Shown here piece by piece: positions 51,641 through 62,255 of a stretch of DNA of 64,000 nt. Made by a program: the position numbers and the translations under genes. The stretch's first letter is position 1, and the number at the start of each line of letters is the position of its first letter. This stretch comes from an uncultured Gemmatimonadales bacterium (GTDB lineage: Bacteria > Gemmatimonadota > Gemmatimonadetes > Longimicrobiales > RSA9), in NCBI GenBank assembly GCA_963708135.1, contig OY970192.1, positions 3,840,001 to 3,904,000 of the forward strand, given 5' to 3'. The notes below the pieces were generated by a model. That model searched no databases, had not been told where the DNA came from, and worked only from the letters and a program-made list of their open reading frames with translations.

Positions 51641-52819
51641 ATGAGAAGGGTCCATGCGGTTCTGGTTCTCTCCCTGCTCCCGGCGCTCGGCGCGGTGAGC
51701 GGCGCCTCGGCCCAGGAGCGGCCGCGCGCCCGCGAGGCGGGGGTCATCGTCGGCGTCCTCCCGCCCGGCCCGCTCAATGCCATCACGGACGTGGCGGGCG
51801 TCCTGGTCGGACAGACCACGGTCGTGCGCGGCGACTCGATCCACACCGGCGTCACCGCCATCCTGCCGCACGCGGGCGACCTGTTCCACGAGAAGGTCCC
51901 GGCGGCGATCCATGTGGGCAACGCGTTCGGCAAGCTCGTGGGCACGACGCAGGTGAAGGAGCTCGGCGAGATCGAGACCCCGATCCTGCTCACCTGCACC
52001 CTGTGCGTCTGGCGGGCCGCGGATGCCATGGTGGCGTGGCTGCTCGAGCGGCCCGGGATGGCGGATGTCCGCTCGATCAATCCGGTGGTCGGCGAGACGA
52101 ACGACGGCTACCTGAGCGACATCCGCGCCCGGCCGATCACGCCGGCGGACGTGGTGGCGGCGCTCGAGGGCGCGAAGGGCGGACCGGTCGAGGAGGGCGC
52201 AGTGGGAGCCGGCGCGGGCACCGTCGCCTTCGGCTGGAAGGGCGGCATCGGCACCGCCTCGCGGGTGCTGCCCAGGTCCCTCGGCGGCTACACGGTGGGA
52301 GTGCTGGTGCAGACCAACTTCGGCGGAATCCTGCAGGTCAACGGCGCGCCGGTCGGGCGCGCGCTCGGGCAGTACGCCTTCCAGCGCGCGCTCGAGTCCG
52401 CCAGGCTGGACCCGGACGGCAGCTGCATGATGGTGGTGGCGACGGACGCGCCGCTGGACGCGCGCGGCCTCGACCGCCTGGCCGCCCGCGCCCTCGCCGG
52501 CCTCGCCCGCACCGGTTCCTCCATGAGCAACGGCTCGGGCGACTACGTGATCGCCTTCTCCACCGCCGCCTCCGTGCGCCGCGGGCCCGCCGAGGGGCCG
52601 CGCACGGTCCAGGACCTGCCCAACGACCTCGTCTCGCCGCTCTTCGAGGCCGCCATCGAGGCCACGGAGGAGGCGATCTACGACTCGCTCTTCAAGGCCC
52701 ACACGGTGCGCGGCCACATGGGCACGGTCGAGGCGCTGCCGCTCGACCGCACGCTCGACGTGCTCCGCAAGCACGACGCCCTGCACTGGGACCGCACGCT
52801 CCCGCCCGGCGCCCACTGA
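51641..52819 (+). CDS. DmpA-like P1/S58-family aminopeptidase, exported
   Basis: NAITDV.GV.VG, GETNDG.L, GAGAG, KGGIGTASR, DGS cleavage site, NGSGD. Confidence 0.9.
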   Translation: MRRVHAVLVLSLLPALGAVSGASAQERPRAREAGVIVGVLPPGPLNAITDVAGVLVGQTTVVRGDSIHTGVTAILPHAGDLFHEKVPAAIHVGNAFGKLVGTTQVKELGEIETPILLTCTLCVWRAADAMVAWLLERPGMADVRSINPVVGETNDGYLSDIRARPITPADVVAALEGAKGGPVEEGAVGAGAGTVAFGWKGGIGTASRVLPRSLGGYTVGVLVQTNFGGILQVNGAPVGRALGQYAFQRALESARLDPDGSCMMVVATDAPLDARGLDRLAARALAGLARTGSSMSNGSGDYVIAFSTAASVRRGPAEGPRTVQDLPNDLVSPLFEAAIEATEEAIYDSLFKAHTVRGHMGTVEALPLDRTLDVLRKHDALHWDRTLPPGAH

Positions 52820-52860
52820 GCCGGGACGGGGGCGGGCGTCCTCGCCCCGCGGGAGGAAGG

Positions 52861-55227
52861 ATGCTCTCTCCCATGCTCCTGCACCCTCGCACGGCTGCCG
52901 CCATCGCCCTCTCGGCGACGACGCTGGCGTTGCTCGCCGCGGCCGCGCCCGCCGGCGCGCAGGAGGTGCGCGGCCGCATGGTCGAGGAGGGCTCGGCGCA
53001 GCCCGTGGCCGGCGCCATCATCGTGGGCGTGGACTCGGCCGGCCGGGACGTCGTCAAGGTGCTGACGGACGGCGGGGGCCGCTTCGTCCTCCGGCTGCCG
53101 CACCCGGGCACGTGGCGGCTGCGCGGCGAGCGGATCGGCTTCCGGAACACGCTGTCCCGGCCGCTCGCGCTTGCCGCCGCCGAGGTGGCGAGCACCACGC
53201 TGCCGGCGCCGGCCGAGCCGGTGCGCCTCGCGGCCATCGAGGTGAAGAGCGCGCGCCGCTGCACGATCCGGCCGGCGGAGGGCCGGGCCACGGCCCGGGT
53301 CTGGGAGGAGGCCCGAAAGGCGCTCGAGACGGCCGCGCTCACCAGCCACGAGCGCCTGCTGCGCTTCGACATGGTGCGCTCGGAGCGTCGCCTCGATCCG
53401 CGCACGCTGACCGTCCAGCACGAGGACCTGCGCGACCTGAGCGGCTACAGCGACAACCCGATCCGCTCCCTCCCCGCCGCGAACCTGGCCGATAGCGGCT
53501 ACGTCCGCCCGCGCCCGGATGGCAGCACCGACTACTTCGCGCCCGACGCCGGGGTCCTGCTCTCCGACCTGTTCCTCGACTCGCACTGCCTGCGGCTCTC
53601 CGGGGAGGATCCACCCGCGCCGGACGAGATCGGCGTGGCCTTCGAGCCCGTCAGGGGGCACCGCGCGCACGACATCGATGGCGTGCTCTGGCTGGACCGA
53701 ACGACGGCCGAGCTGCGCACGCTCGACTTCCACTACGCCGACCTGCCGCAGGCCGTGGACCTGTCGAGGGTCGGCGGCCACGTCGAGTTCGAGCGCGTGC
53801 GCGGCGGTGGCTGGATCGTGCGCCGGTGGTGGATCCGCATGCCGATCGTGCGCCAGAACCTCGGCTACTTCGACCAGCGCACCGTCCGGAGCCAGGACCT
53901 GCTCGCGCTCCATGAGTCGGGCGGCGAGGTGACCCGCATCGAGGGCGCGGGGCCGGGCGCCCTCTCCGCCACCCGCCGCGCCGCCGTGCACGGCGTCGTC
54001 TGGGACAGCGCCGCCTCCGCGCCGCTCGCCGGCGCCCGCGTCTTCCTCTCCGGCACCAACCGCGCGGCCACGACCGACAGCGCCGGCCGCTACCGCATCG
54101 AGGGGATCCCGGCCGGCTCCTACGCCGTCTCGTTCTCGGACGCCGCACTCGAGGAGATGGGCGTCCCGGCGCCGGCCGTCCAGATCCAGCTCCATCCAGG
54201 CGACGAGGCCGCCGCCGATCTCGCCGCGCCCTCCACCGCCACCGCGCTCGCCACGGTCTGCCCGCCCGACGCCCGCGACGACACCACCGGGTTCGCCTTC
54301 GGCGTGGTGCGCGACTCCGCCACCGGCCGCCCCGCCGCCGGCGCCGTCGTTACGCTCCGCTGGACCTGGTACGACATGCGCTCCGCGGGCGGACGCACGC
54401 AGGTGAGCGCGACGCCGCTCGGCGTCGAGGTCGAGGCCGACGGCCGCGGCCGCTGGAAGGTGTGCCGCCTCCAGGCCGACCGGACCATCGCCGCCGCGGC
54501 CGCCTGGGGCGGGCACGCCTCCGCGCCCGTTACCTTCGAGGTCGCCCGCACGCGCTGGGCGCGGCAGGACCTGCGCGTCGGGCTCGCCCCGGTACGCCGC
54601 GGCGACCTGGCCCGCATGGCCCTCGACGCGCTCGGCACGCCGGACGGGATGCCCGGCCGCGCGACCGGCGCCCGGCGCGCCGCGGCCCCCGCGCGCGGGG
54701 GCGGGGAGACGTCGCCATCCGGTGGCGGCAGAGGCCGAGGGAGCCGGCGGGAAGCGCTCACGGGCGATCACTTCACGCGCGCGGCCATCGCCCAGATGGG
54801 CGCCCACGACCTGCTCGACGTGCTGCGCCGCATGCCTTCGCTGCGGGTGCACGGCGCCGGCGCGATCCTGTGCGTCGAGGCCTCCCGCGGGCTGGGACAG
54901 GCCGTGCCCGTCGGACCGGAGCCGGTGACGCCCGGCAAGAAGGCCAGCCCCACGGCCGGCGCGCCCGGCACACAGGCCGCGACCGCCGGTAATCCGATGG
55001 AGCCGCGCGCCGATCCCGGCCTGGACACCACCGAGCCGAGCGCGTGCCAGTGGCCGGCCGTGTACGTCAACGACGGACCGCTCCCCTCGACCTCGGCCGC
55101 CAGCCTGCTGCGCACGCTGGACCTGGACAGGGTAGACCGCGTCGAGTACCTCTCGCCCGCCATGGCACAGACCCGCTACGGCTCGCGCGTGGTGAACGGG
55201 GCGCTCGTCATCACAACTCGCCGCTGA
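52861..55227 (+). CDS. Exported protein with carboxypeptidase-regulatory-like (Ig-like) repeats and C-terminal plug-like domain
   Basis: Signal peptide; repeated G.V.D...P..GA.V...T...G.(F/Y) units; end VDRVEYLSPA.A..RYG....GALVITTR. Confidence 0.75.
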   Translation: MLSPMLLHPRTAAAIALSATTLALLAAAAPAGAQEVRGRMVEEGSAQPVAGAIIVGVDSAGRDVVKVLTDGGGRFVLRLPHPGTWRLRGERIGFRNTLSRPLALAAAEVASTTLPAPAEPVRLAAIEVKSARRCTIRPAEGRATARVWEEARKALETAALTSHERLLRFDMVRSERRLDPRTLTVQHEDLRDLSGYSDNPIRSLPAANLADSGYVRPRPDGSTDYFAPDAGVLLSDLFLDSHCLRLSGEDPPAPDEIGVAFEPVRGHRAHDIDGVLWLDRTTAELRTLDFHYADLPQAVDLSRVGGHVEFERVRGGGWIVRRWWIRMPIVRQNLGYFDQRTVRSQDLLALHESGGEVTRIEGAGPGALSATRRAAVHGVVWDSAASAPLAGARVFLSGTNRAATTDSAGRYRIEGIPAGSYAVSFSDAALEEMGVPAPAVQIQLHPGDEAAADLAAPSTATALATVCPPDARDDTTGFAFGVVRDSATGRPAAGAVVTLRWTWYDMRSAGGRTQVSATPLGVEVEADGRGRWKVCRLQADRTIAAAAAWGGHASAPVTFEVARTRWARQDLRVGLAPVRRGDLARMALDALGTPDGMPGRATGARRAAAPARGGGETSPSGGGRGRGSRREALTGDHFTRAAIAQMGAHDLLDVLRRMPSLRVHGAGAILCVEASRGLGQAVPVGPEPVTPGKKASPTAGAPGTQAATAGNPMEPRADPGLDTTEPSACQWPAVYVNDGPLPSTSAASLLRTLDLDRVDRVEYLSPAMAQTRYGSRVVNGALVITTRR

Positions 55228-55267
55228 GCCGGCGACGGGCCGACCCGGCCCGCGCGGGAGGACTCCG

Positions 55268-57148
55268 ATGGCCGCCTTCTCCACCGATCTCCGCGCCGCG
55301 GCGCGCGCCCTGCGGCGCGCACCCGCCTTCACGCTGCCGGCTCTCGCCTCGGTGGCGCTCGGCGCCGGAACGGCCGCCGCCGGCCTGACCCTGTTCCGCC
55401 TCCGCACCCTCGTGCCGCTCCGCCTCGCCGAGCGGGTACGTGTGGACGGCGTCGCCGCGCCCGACTGGGGCCAGCGCTGGAGCGACGCCGCGCACATGCC
55501 CGCGGCCCTCCAGCAGGAATCGCTGCGCGCGCTGCTGCTCATCCTCTTCGCGCTCTCGATCGTCGTCCTGGCCATCGCCTGCCTCAGCGCCCTCGTGCTG
55601 CTCGCCGGCCGGGCGTCCGCGCGACGCCGCGAGATGGCCGTCCGCGCCGCCCTCGGCGCCGCGCCCCGCCGCCTGCTCGGCGGGCTCGCGGCCGAGGGCG
55701 GGCTCCTGGCCGGCGGCGGCATCGCGCTCGGCGCGCTGGTCGGAGCGGCGGGCGTCGCTCTGCTCCACGCGGCCTGGCCCGCCGGCCTCGTCCCGTGGGC
55801 CTCGCTCACCCCCGGCCTCGGCGCCGCCGGGCTCGCGCTCGCGCTCCCCGCCCTCGGCATCCTTGCCCTCTCGCCCGCGCCCGCCGCCGGCCTCGCGGGC
55901 GGACTGCGCGGCGCCCTCGCCGCCGGCGCTCGCACCACCACCGGCCGCGGCGAGGGGGCGCTGCGCAACCTGCTCGCGGGCGTCCTCGTCGCCGGCTCGC
56001 TCACCCTGCTCGCCGGCGCGGGGATGCTGCTGCGCAGCTCCTTTCCCGTCCTCGATGCCGCCACCCTCGGCTTCGACCCGAACGACACGCTCACCTTCCA
56101 GGTGGACGTGCACGGCTCGCCCGCCCAGCGCGCGCAGAAGATCGCCCTCGCCATGGCCCGGATCCGCGCCAACGGCGGCGTGCTCCACGCCGGCTACGGC
56201 ACCCCCGGCGTCTGGCTCGGCGTCGGGCCCGAGGACCGGGTCACCATCGAATGCCCGCTGTGCACCATCGGTGAGTTCTGGACCCCGATCATGCTCACCG
56301 AGGTCCGCCAGCACGTTGTCGATCCCGGCCTCTTCCCCACCCTCGGCCTGCGCGTCGTGGAAGGCCGCGGGTTCGACTCCGGCGACGGACCCCGCGCAGC
56401 GCCCGTCATGCTCGTGAACCGCGCCCTCGCCGCCACCGTGTTCCAGGGCCACGACCCCGTCGGCCGGCAGATCCGCATCGGCACCATCCCGCACGGACGC
56501 TGGTACCGCATCGCCGGCGTCGTGGACGACGTCGGCGCCCGCGGCCTCGGCGCCCCCGAGCACGCCGCACCCACCCTCTACTTCTCCGCGCTCCAGCACC
56601 CGCCGCGCGCCCTCGCCGTGGCCATCCGCGCCGCCCGCGGCGACCCGGCCGACCTCGCGCCCGCCGCCCGCAGCGCCTTCGCCGCCGTGGACCCGACCAT
56701 GACCATCCACGACGTCGCCCCCATGACCGCCGTGCTCGCCCGCTTCGCCGCGCCGCTCCGCTGGCTCGGCGTGCTCTTCGCCCTGCTCGCCGGCGCCGCC
56801 CTCCTCCTCGCCCTCCACGGCGTCGGCTCCGCCATGGCTTTCAACATCGCCCGCAGACGCCCCGAGATCGGCGCCCGCATGGCCCTCGGCGCCACCCCCG
56901 CGCGCATCCTCCGCATGGTGCTCCGGGAGACCCTCCGCCTGACCGCCGGCGGGGCCGCGCTCGGCCTCATCGGCGCCATCGGCGTCGGCCGCGTCCTCCA
57001 GCAGCGCTACCCCGGCGTCCGCCTCCTCGACCCCGGACTCCTCACCGCCCTCGCCGCCACGCTCGTCCTCACCGCGCTCCTCGCCGCGGCCCTCCCCGCG
57101 CTGCGCGCTGCGACGCTCGACCCCGCGCTCAGCCTGCGCGCGGAGTAG
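55268..57148 (+). CDS. Shortened ADOP-like FtsX permease lacking the first periplasmic domain
   Basis: [45 protein letters not shown]; 626 aa vs about 900 for paralogs. Confidence 0.8.
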   Translation: MAAFSTDLRAAARALRRAPAFTLPALASVALGAGTAAAGLTLFRLRTLVPLRLAERVRVDGVAAPDWGQRWSDAAHMPAALQQESLRALLLILFALSIVVLAIACLSALVLLAGRASARRREMAVRAALGAAPRRLLGGLAAEGGLLAGGGIALGALVGAAGVALLHAAWPAGLVPWASLTPGLGAAGLALALPALGILALSPAPAAGLAGGLRGALAAGARTTTGRGEGALRNLLAGVLVAGSLTLLAGAGMLLRSSFPVLDAATLGFDPNDTLTFQVDVHGSPAQRAQKIALAMARIRANGGVLHAGYGTPGVWLGVGPEDRVTIECPLCTIGEFWTPIMLTEVRQHVVDPGLFPTLGLRVVEGRGFDSGDGPRAAPVMLVNRALAATVFQGHDPVGRQIRIGTIPHGRWYRIAGVVDDVGARGLGAPEHAAPTLYFSALQHPPRALAVAIRAARGDPADLAPAARSAFAAVDPTMTIHDVAPMTAVLARFAAPLRWLGVLFALLAGAALLLALHGVGSAMAFNIARRRPEIGARMALGATPARILRMVLRETLRLTAGGAALGLIGAIGVGRVLQQRYPGVRLLDPGLLTALAATLVLTALLAAALPALRAATLDPALSLRAE

Positions 57149-57155
57149 CGCCCCC

Positions 57156-57198
57156 TTGCGCTTCTACAGGTCCGCGCCTATCCTGCACCTGTAGAAGC
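57156..57198 (+). promoter_or_regulatory. Promoter overlapped by putative PadR operator
   Basis: TTGCGC-17-TATCCT; perfect 12-bp inverted repeat GCTTCTACAGGT (57160-71) / ACCTGTAGAAGC (57187-98). Confidence 0.7.
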
Positions 57199-57219
57199 CA
57201 GAGGGGAGCCAGGGAGCCG

Positions 57220-57552
57220 ATGGACGCCGAGCGAATCGACCTGCCGCAGGGGACGCTGGACCTGCTCATCCTGAAGGCGCTCTCGCTGCAGCCAATGCAC
57301 GGGTGGGCGATCTCGGAGCGGCTGCAACAGGTCTCGAAGGCCGCGCTGCGGGTCCCGCAGGGGTCGCTCTATCCGGCGCTGCACCGGCTGGAGCGGCGCG
57401 GCTGGATCCGGGCGGAGTGGGGCTCGTCGGAGAACAACCGGCGGGCGCGCTTCTACGAGCTGACGCGTGCGGGCCGGAAGCAGCTGGCGGCGGAGACGGA
57501 CGCCTGGGCGCGGCTGACCACGGCGGTCTCGCTGGTGCTGGAGATGGGGTGA
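57220..57552 (+). CDS. PadR-family transcriptional regulator
   Basis: [34 protein letters not shown]. Confidence 0.95.
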   Translation: MDAERIDLPQGTLDLLILKALSLQPMHGWAISERLQQVSKAALRVPQGSLYPALHRLERRGWIRAEWGSSENNRRARFYELTRAGRKQLAAETDAWARLTTAVSLVLEMG

Positions 57553-57607
57553 GGCCGGGCCTTTCATCCGGGCCGGCGGAACCGCGCTGGGGGACGCGAA
57601 GGATCGG

Positions 57608-60298
57608 ATGCTGAGCGAATTGTGGAGCGATCTGCGCTACCGGCTGCGCGCCCTCTTCCGGCGTGCGGAGGTCGAGCGCGAGCTGGACGAGGAGCTTCGG
57701 CTCCACGTGGCGCGACAGGCCGAGAAGTACGTGGCGCAGGGAATGGCTCCGGAGCAGGCGGCACGCCGCGCCCGCGTCGTCTTCGGCGGGGTCGATGTGG
57801 CCAAGGAAGCCAGCCGCGACGCGCGCGGCACGCAGCTCCTGGAGACGCTGTGGCGCGACACGCGGTATGGCGTGCGCTCGCTCGCGCGGGCACCCGGCTT
57901 CACCGTCACGGCCATCCTCTGCCTGTCCCTCGGCATCGGCGCAACGAGCACGGTATTCGGGATCGTGGACGCGCTCTTCTTCCGTCCGCCGCCGGGCATT
58001 GGCGATCCCGCCGGGATCGTGCGGCCGTACGTCACGGTGAGCAGCTCCCACGTCACGATGAGCGGCTCCGACCGCATCTCGTATCCCGCGTACGAGCGGC
58101 TTCGGGACGGGACCCGCTCGCTCTCGGGTCTGGCCGGCTATGCCGACGTGTCCCTCGACCTGGGGACCGGCCTGGGGGCGCGCCACGCGGATGGGCTCCT
58201 CGTAAGCGGCAACTACTTCTCGGTGCTGCGGGTCCGGCCGGCGCTGGGCCGCTTTTTCCGGCCGGATGAGGACGCGGGCCCCGGCTCGCCGCCTGTCGTC
58301 GTGGTAAGCCAGGCCTACTGGCGAGGAGAGATGGGCGGGCGGCCCGACGTGATCGGCAGCCGGCTGACGATCGACGGGAACGCCTACACCGTCGTCGGCG
58401 TCGCGCCGCCCGGCTTCCGCGGCGTCGAGGCGGGCGCGCCCGCAATGTGGATGGCGGTCTCGCAGGCTCCGAAGGTCGGCTTCGGCTCCACATTCTTCAA
58501 GCGCCGCACAGCCATCTGGTTTGCGACGGTGGGTCGTCTCGCGCCCGGTGTGACGCGGGCCGCGGCGCAAGCCGAGATCGCGCCGCTCCTGACCCGGGCT
58601 CTTCGCGATGAATGGGGGTCGGACATCGATCCCCGGATCACCGTGGGCCCCGTGCTGTCCGCGCGCGGCCCGTCGCCATCCACGCAGGCGAGGATCGCAC
58701 TCTGGCTCGCCCTCGCCGCCGCGCTGCTCCTCGCCATCGCGTGCGCCAACACGGCCAACCTGCTGCTGGCCCGCGCGGTCACCCGGCGCAAGGAGCTAGC
58801 GGTCCGGCTCTCGCTGGGCGCGGGGCGAGGCCGGCTCGTGCGGCAGCTCCTCGTGGAGAGCGGCCTGCTGGCGTTGGGCGGGACCGTACTCGGCCTTCTC
58901 CTCGCCCGCTGGGGCACGGCGCTCGTGCCCGCCGTCGGACTGCCGTCCCTCTCCTTCTTCGCGCACGGCCGTGTGCTGGTCTTCGCCGTGGCCGTGGCCG
59001 TGGCCTGCGTGCTGCTCTTCGGCCTCGTGCCGGCCGTGGCCGCCACGCGCACGAACCTCGCCGCCGCAGTGAAGGAGGGCGCCCGCGAGGGCGTCGACCA
59101 TCGCTCCCGGCTGCGCGGCGCGCTCATGGTCGTGCAGGTCGCGCTGGCAGTTCTGCTGCTCGTCGGCGCCGGGCTGTTCGTCCACAGCCTCCGCAACGTG
59201 CAGGCGATCCGGCCCGGTCTGGACGTGGACCGGCTGCTCGTCGCCCGCCTCGATCTCTCCCGCGCCGGCTACGGCGACACGGCGGCCGCCGCCTTCTCCG
59301 ACCGCGCCGCCGACCGGCTGCGCCACCTGCCGGGCGTGGCCGGCGCGACCGTAGCCGCCTCGGTCCCCCTCTCCGGCGGCTGGTCGCTGCGCTCGTACGG
59401 CGTGCCTGGCGGCACGTCCGGTACGGCGAACGAGGGTGAGCTGGACCTGTCGCAGCAGTCCCACGTGATCACGCTCGACGTCGGCTCGCGCTACTTCGCC
59501 ACGCTCGGGACACCCATCCTGGCGGGCCGGGGGTTCACCGAGGCGGACCGCGCGGGCGCCCCGGCCGTGATCGTGAACCACGCATTCGCCGAGCACGAGT
59601 GGCCGGGCCGCAACCCGCTCGGCCGCTGCATCGACCTGGGCCCGGACGGGGACGTGACCTGCTACCACGTGGTGGGAGTGGCGGCGAACGCGCGGTACGT
59701 GACCCTGGAGGAGCCGCCGCGGATGGCTTTCTTCATGCCCCTCGAGCGTGAGCCGGAGCAGTCCCGTCTGCTCCTCATCCGTGCGTCCGGCCGCCCCGAG
59801 GCCCTCGTGCCCAGCATACGCCGGGCCCTGGTCGAGCTCGACCCGAGTCTCCCCTACATCGAGCTGAAGACGCTCGCCGATGTGCTGCGCCCCGAGCTGC
59901 AGCCACGACGGCTCGGGGCATCCATGTTCGGGGCGTTCGGCCTGCTCGCGCTGGTCCTCTCGGCCGTCGGCCTCTACGGCGTGGTGTCCTACACCGTCGC
60001 GCAGCGCACCCACGAGCTGGGCATCCGCATGGCGCTCGGCGCACGGCGCGCCCAGGTCCTGGGCCTGGTCGTGCGGCAGGGCGTCCGCCTCGCCCTGGCC
60101 GGCCTCGCCATCGGCACCGCGGGCGCGCTCGCGGCCACCCGCTTCGTGACCCGCCTGCTCTACGGCGTCACGGCGACGGACCCGCTCACCTTCGCCGGCG
60201 TCGCCCTCGCCCTTGGCGCCACTGCAGTGCTCGCCAGCCTCATCCCCGCCCGCCGCGCCACCCGCGTGGACCCCGCCACTGCCCTGCGCCGCGAGTAG
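57608..60298 (+). CDS. ADOP-family duplicated MacB/FtsX orphan permease
   Basis: ELDEELRLH prefix, DTRYGVR, IACAN.ANL, ELGIRMALGA, DPATALRRE. Confidence 0.95.
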   Translation: MLSELWSDLRYRLRALFRRAEVERELDEELRLHVARQAEKYVAQGMAPEQAARRARVVFGGVDVAKEASRDARGTQLLETLWRDTRYGVRSLARAPGFTVTAILCLSLGIGATSTVFGIVDALFFRPPPGIGDPAGIVRPYVTVSSSHVTMSGSDRISYPAYERLRDGTRSLSGLAGYADVSLDLGTGLGARHADGLLVSGNYFSVLRVRPALGRFFRPDEDAGPGSPPVVVVSQAYWRGEMGGRPDVIGSRLTIDGNAYTVVGVAPPGFRGVEAGAPAMWMAVSQAPKVGFGSTFFKRRTAIWFATVGRLAPGVTRAAAQAEIAPLLTRALRDEWGSDIDPRITVGPVLSARGPSPSTQARIALWLALAAALLLAIACANTANLLLARAVTRRKELAVRLSLGAGRGRLVRQLLVESGLLALGGTVLGLLLARWGTALVPAVGLPSLSFFAHGRVLVFAVAVAVACVLLFGLVPAVAATRTNLAAAVKEGAREGVDHRSRLRGALMVVQVALAVLLLVGAGLFVHSLRNVQAIRPGLDVDRLLVARLDLSRAGYGDTAAAAFSDRAADRLRHLPGVAGATVAASVPLSGGWSLRSYGVPGGTSGTANEGELDLSQQSHVITLDVGSRYFATLGTPILAGRGFTEADRAGAPAVIVNHAFAEHEWPGRNPLGRCIDLGPDGDVTCYHVVGVAANARYVTLEEPPRMAFFMPLEREPEQSRLLLIRASGRPEALVPSIRRALVELDPSLPYIELKTLADVLRPELQPRRLGASMFGAFGLLALVLSAVGLYGVVSYTVAQRTHELGIRMALGARRAQVLGLVVRQGVRLALAGLAIGTAGALAATRFVTRLLYGVTATDPLTFAGVALALGATAVLASLIPARRATRVDPATALRRE

Positions 60299-60540
60299 TC
60301 CAGCGGGCCCCGCCCGCGGAGTGCTCGGGCCGTTCAGCTGCCCGAACGTGCAAACATTGGCGGCCGGTTTTCCGGGCGGACTCGGAGGCGGCGCGCCTCA
60401 TGCCCAACCCTGGATCTCCGCCGAGGACGCGCACCCTGGCACGCCATGTGCCATTGCAGCCGTCGCACCCGACCGGGGTTGGGAAAGGAGGCGGCGAATG
60501 CTGCCTCCGTCGATAGGCGGTGCGGAACGGAGAGGAGCCA

Positions 60541-60693
60541 ATGCTCTGGACGATTGCGGTCATCCTTCTGATCCTGTGGGCGCTGGGGATGGTGTCGGGC
60601 TACACGCTGTCAGGCTTCATCTGGATCCTTCTGGTCCTCGCGGTCATCGTTGTGCTGATCCGCGTCATCCAGGGGAGACGACCGGTCGCCTGA
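60541..60693 (+). CDS. Small membrane protein, lmo0937/DUF5670 family (50 aa)
   Basis: AGGAG RBS; MLWTIAVILLILWALGMVSGYTLSGFIWILLVLAVIVVLIRVIQGRRPVA*; below ORF-track cutoff. Confidence 0.85.
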   Translation: MLWTIAVILLILWALGMVSGYTLSGFIWILLVLAVIVVLIRVIQGRRPVA

Positions 60694-61026
60694 CGCTGGA
60701 TCCAGGGACGCGCAGGAGGGGCCGCGCTGAGGAACGCGGCGGCGAAAGGGCGGCCTCGCGTGCTTCCGGGTGCCGCCCCGGGGGCAGCAGCCGCCCTCGC
60801 TGCTCGCCCTCGATCTGACGGCGAATCCCGCGGAGCGGGGCATCCTCGAGCAGCGTATCGTCACTGGCCCGTCGAGCGCCGGAAGAACGCAGCTTGATGA
60901 GGCCCGCCGCCGGGGAGCCCACGCGGTGGTCGCCCGTGGCGTGGAGGCACCTCACGAGTGAATCCCGCGAAGGGAGCGCGGCGGTCCCCTGATCCGGGTG
61001 CCGCGGCTCGACAGCGGCGTCTCCGT

Positions 61027-62223
61027 CTACCCCTCGATCGCCCCCACGCTCACCGTCTCGACGATCGACTCGAGCGCCTCCGCCTGCCGCTCGGCGTCGG
61101 CCTCGCCGAGTTCCATCAGCCGGTTCACGTACTCGGGCACGAACAGCAGCATCGACAGCAGGTCCGGGCTCGCCGTCTCGCGCGTTCCCAGGCCGCGCGT
61201 CAGGAACTTGAAGGCCCGCGGCAGCTGCGGCTCGTACTTGCGCGCCATCCGGCCCAGGTCGCGCGAGGGCCGGATCGCGATGAAGTCCACGATCCTGAGC
61301 CCGCCCCGCTCCTCGGCGGGCAGCTTCTCCAGCAGCGCGTTGAAGCGCTGCATGCGCAGCGCATCCTGGTCGATCAGGTCCAGGAAGATCGCGTTCATGA
61401 GCGCGCCGAAGACCGTCGCCGGCGGGGGATAGCCGACCAACTGCTTCCGCCGCGCGGCCGTCGGCGGCGCGTCGTAGCGCGTGGAGATCGCGATGATCCG
61501 GCGCGCGCCCAGGTGCAGCGCCGGCGAGAGCGGCGCGGCCAGCCGCACCCCCCCGTCGCCATACCACGCGTCGCCGATCCGGACGGCGGGAAAGAACAGC
61601 GGGATCGCCGCGGAGGCCATGACGTGGTCCACCGTCAGGTGCGTGTGCACCGCCCGCCGCTGCGGCCGCTTCCATGGCGCGATGTCGCGCCCCTCCACCC
61701 AGACCACGGACTGCGCCGTGGTGTAGGAGGACGTGCTCAGCGCGACGGCCTTCAGCACCTCCCGGTTCAGGTTGTACTCGATCCCGGTCAGCCGGCCATC
61801 CACCGCGCCGAACGCCTCCTCGAGGTAGCGGCGGAGCGGCGACGTGTCGAGGAAGCTCTTCACCTCCCGCCCTGGCAGCACGCCCCCCGACATCAGCCGG
61901 CCGCCCCAGCGGAAGACGTTCCACGCGAGCGAGCCCGCGCTCACGTCGAACACCTGCTCCGGCGTGAGCTGCACCCACAGCGTGGCCAGCTCTTCGATGC
62001 CCTGTCGGAACGTGCCGTGGCGGCAGGCGAGATGGGCGGCGTTGACCGCGCCGGCGGAAACCCCCGTCAGGATCGGCAGGTCGAGGTCCGGGTACTTGCG
62101 CGCGAGCCACCGCAGCACGCCCACCTGGTACGCGCCCCGCGCACCCCCGCCCGTGAGGACGAGGGCCAGGTCATCTCTCGGCGTGGCCGCGGCCTTTCCT
62201 CGGGCGCGCAGCGTCGTGCTCAT
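61027..62223 (-). CDS. Patatin-like phospholipase
   Basis: GGGARGAYQ, GVSAG, ASAAIP, DGG. Confidence 0.9.
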   Translation of the reverse strand: MSTTLRARGKAAATPRDDLALVLTGGGARGAYQVGVLRWLARKYPDLDLPILTGVSAGAVNAAHLACRHGTFRQGIEELATLWVQLTPEQVFDVSAGSLAWNVFRWGGRLMSGGVLPGREVKSFLDTSPLRRYLEEAFGAVDGRLTGIEYNLNREVLKAVALSTSSYTTAQSVVWVEGRDIAPWKRPQRRAVHTHLTVDHVMASAAIPLFFPAVRIGDAWYGDGGVRLAAPLSPALHLGARRIIAISTRYDAPPTAARRKQLVGYPPPATVFGALMNAIFLDLIDQDALRMQRFNALLEKLPAEERGGLRIVDFIAIRPSRDLGRMARKYEPQLPRAFKFLTRGLGTRETASPDLLSMLLFVPEYVNRLMELGEADAERQAEALESIVETVSVGAIEG

Positions 62224-62255
62224 GCCCGGTCGAATCGCAAGAGGAGTTCCGGTCT

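Noticed and set aside
52678..56172. 1164-aa minus-strand ORF and similar long Arg/Ala/Pro-rich ORFs (7168-9600, 50045-52816, 49630-52080)
   Set aside because: Shadow frames of well-supported genes; stop codons are rare at this GC content.
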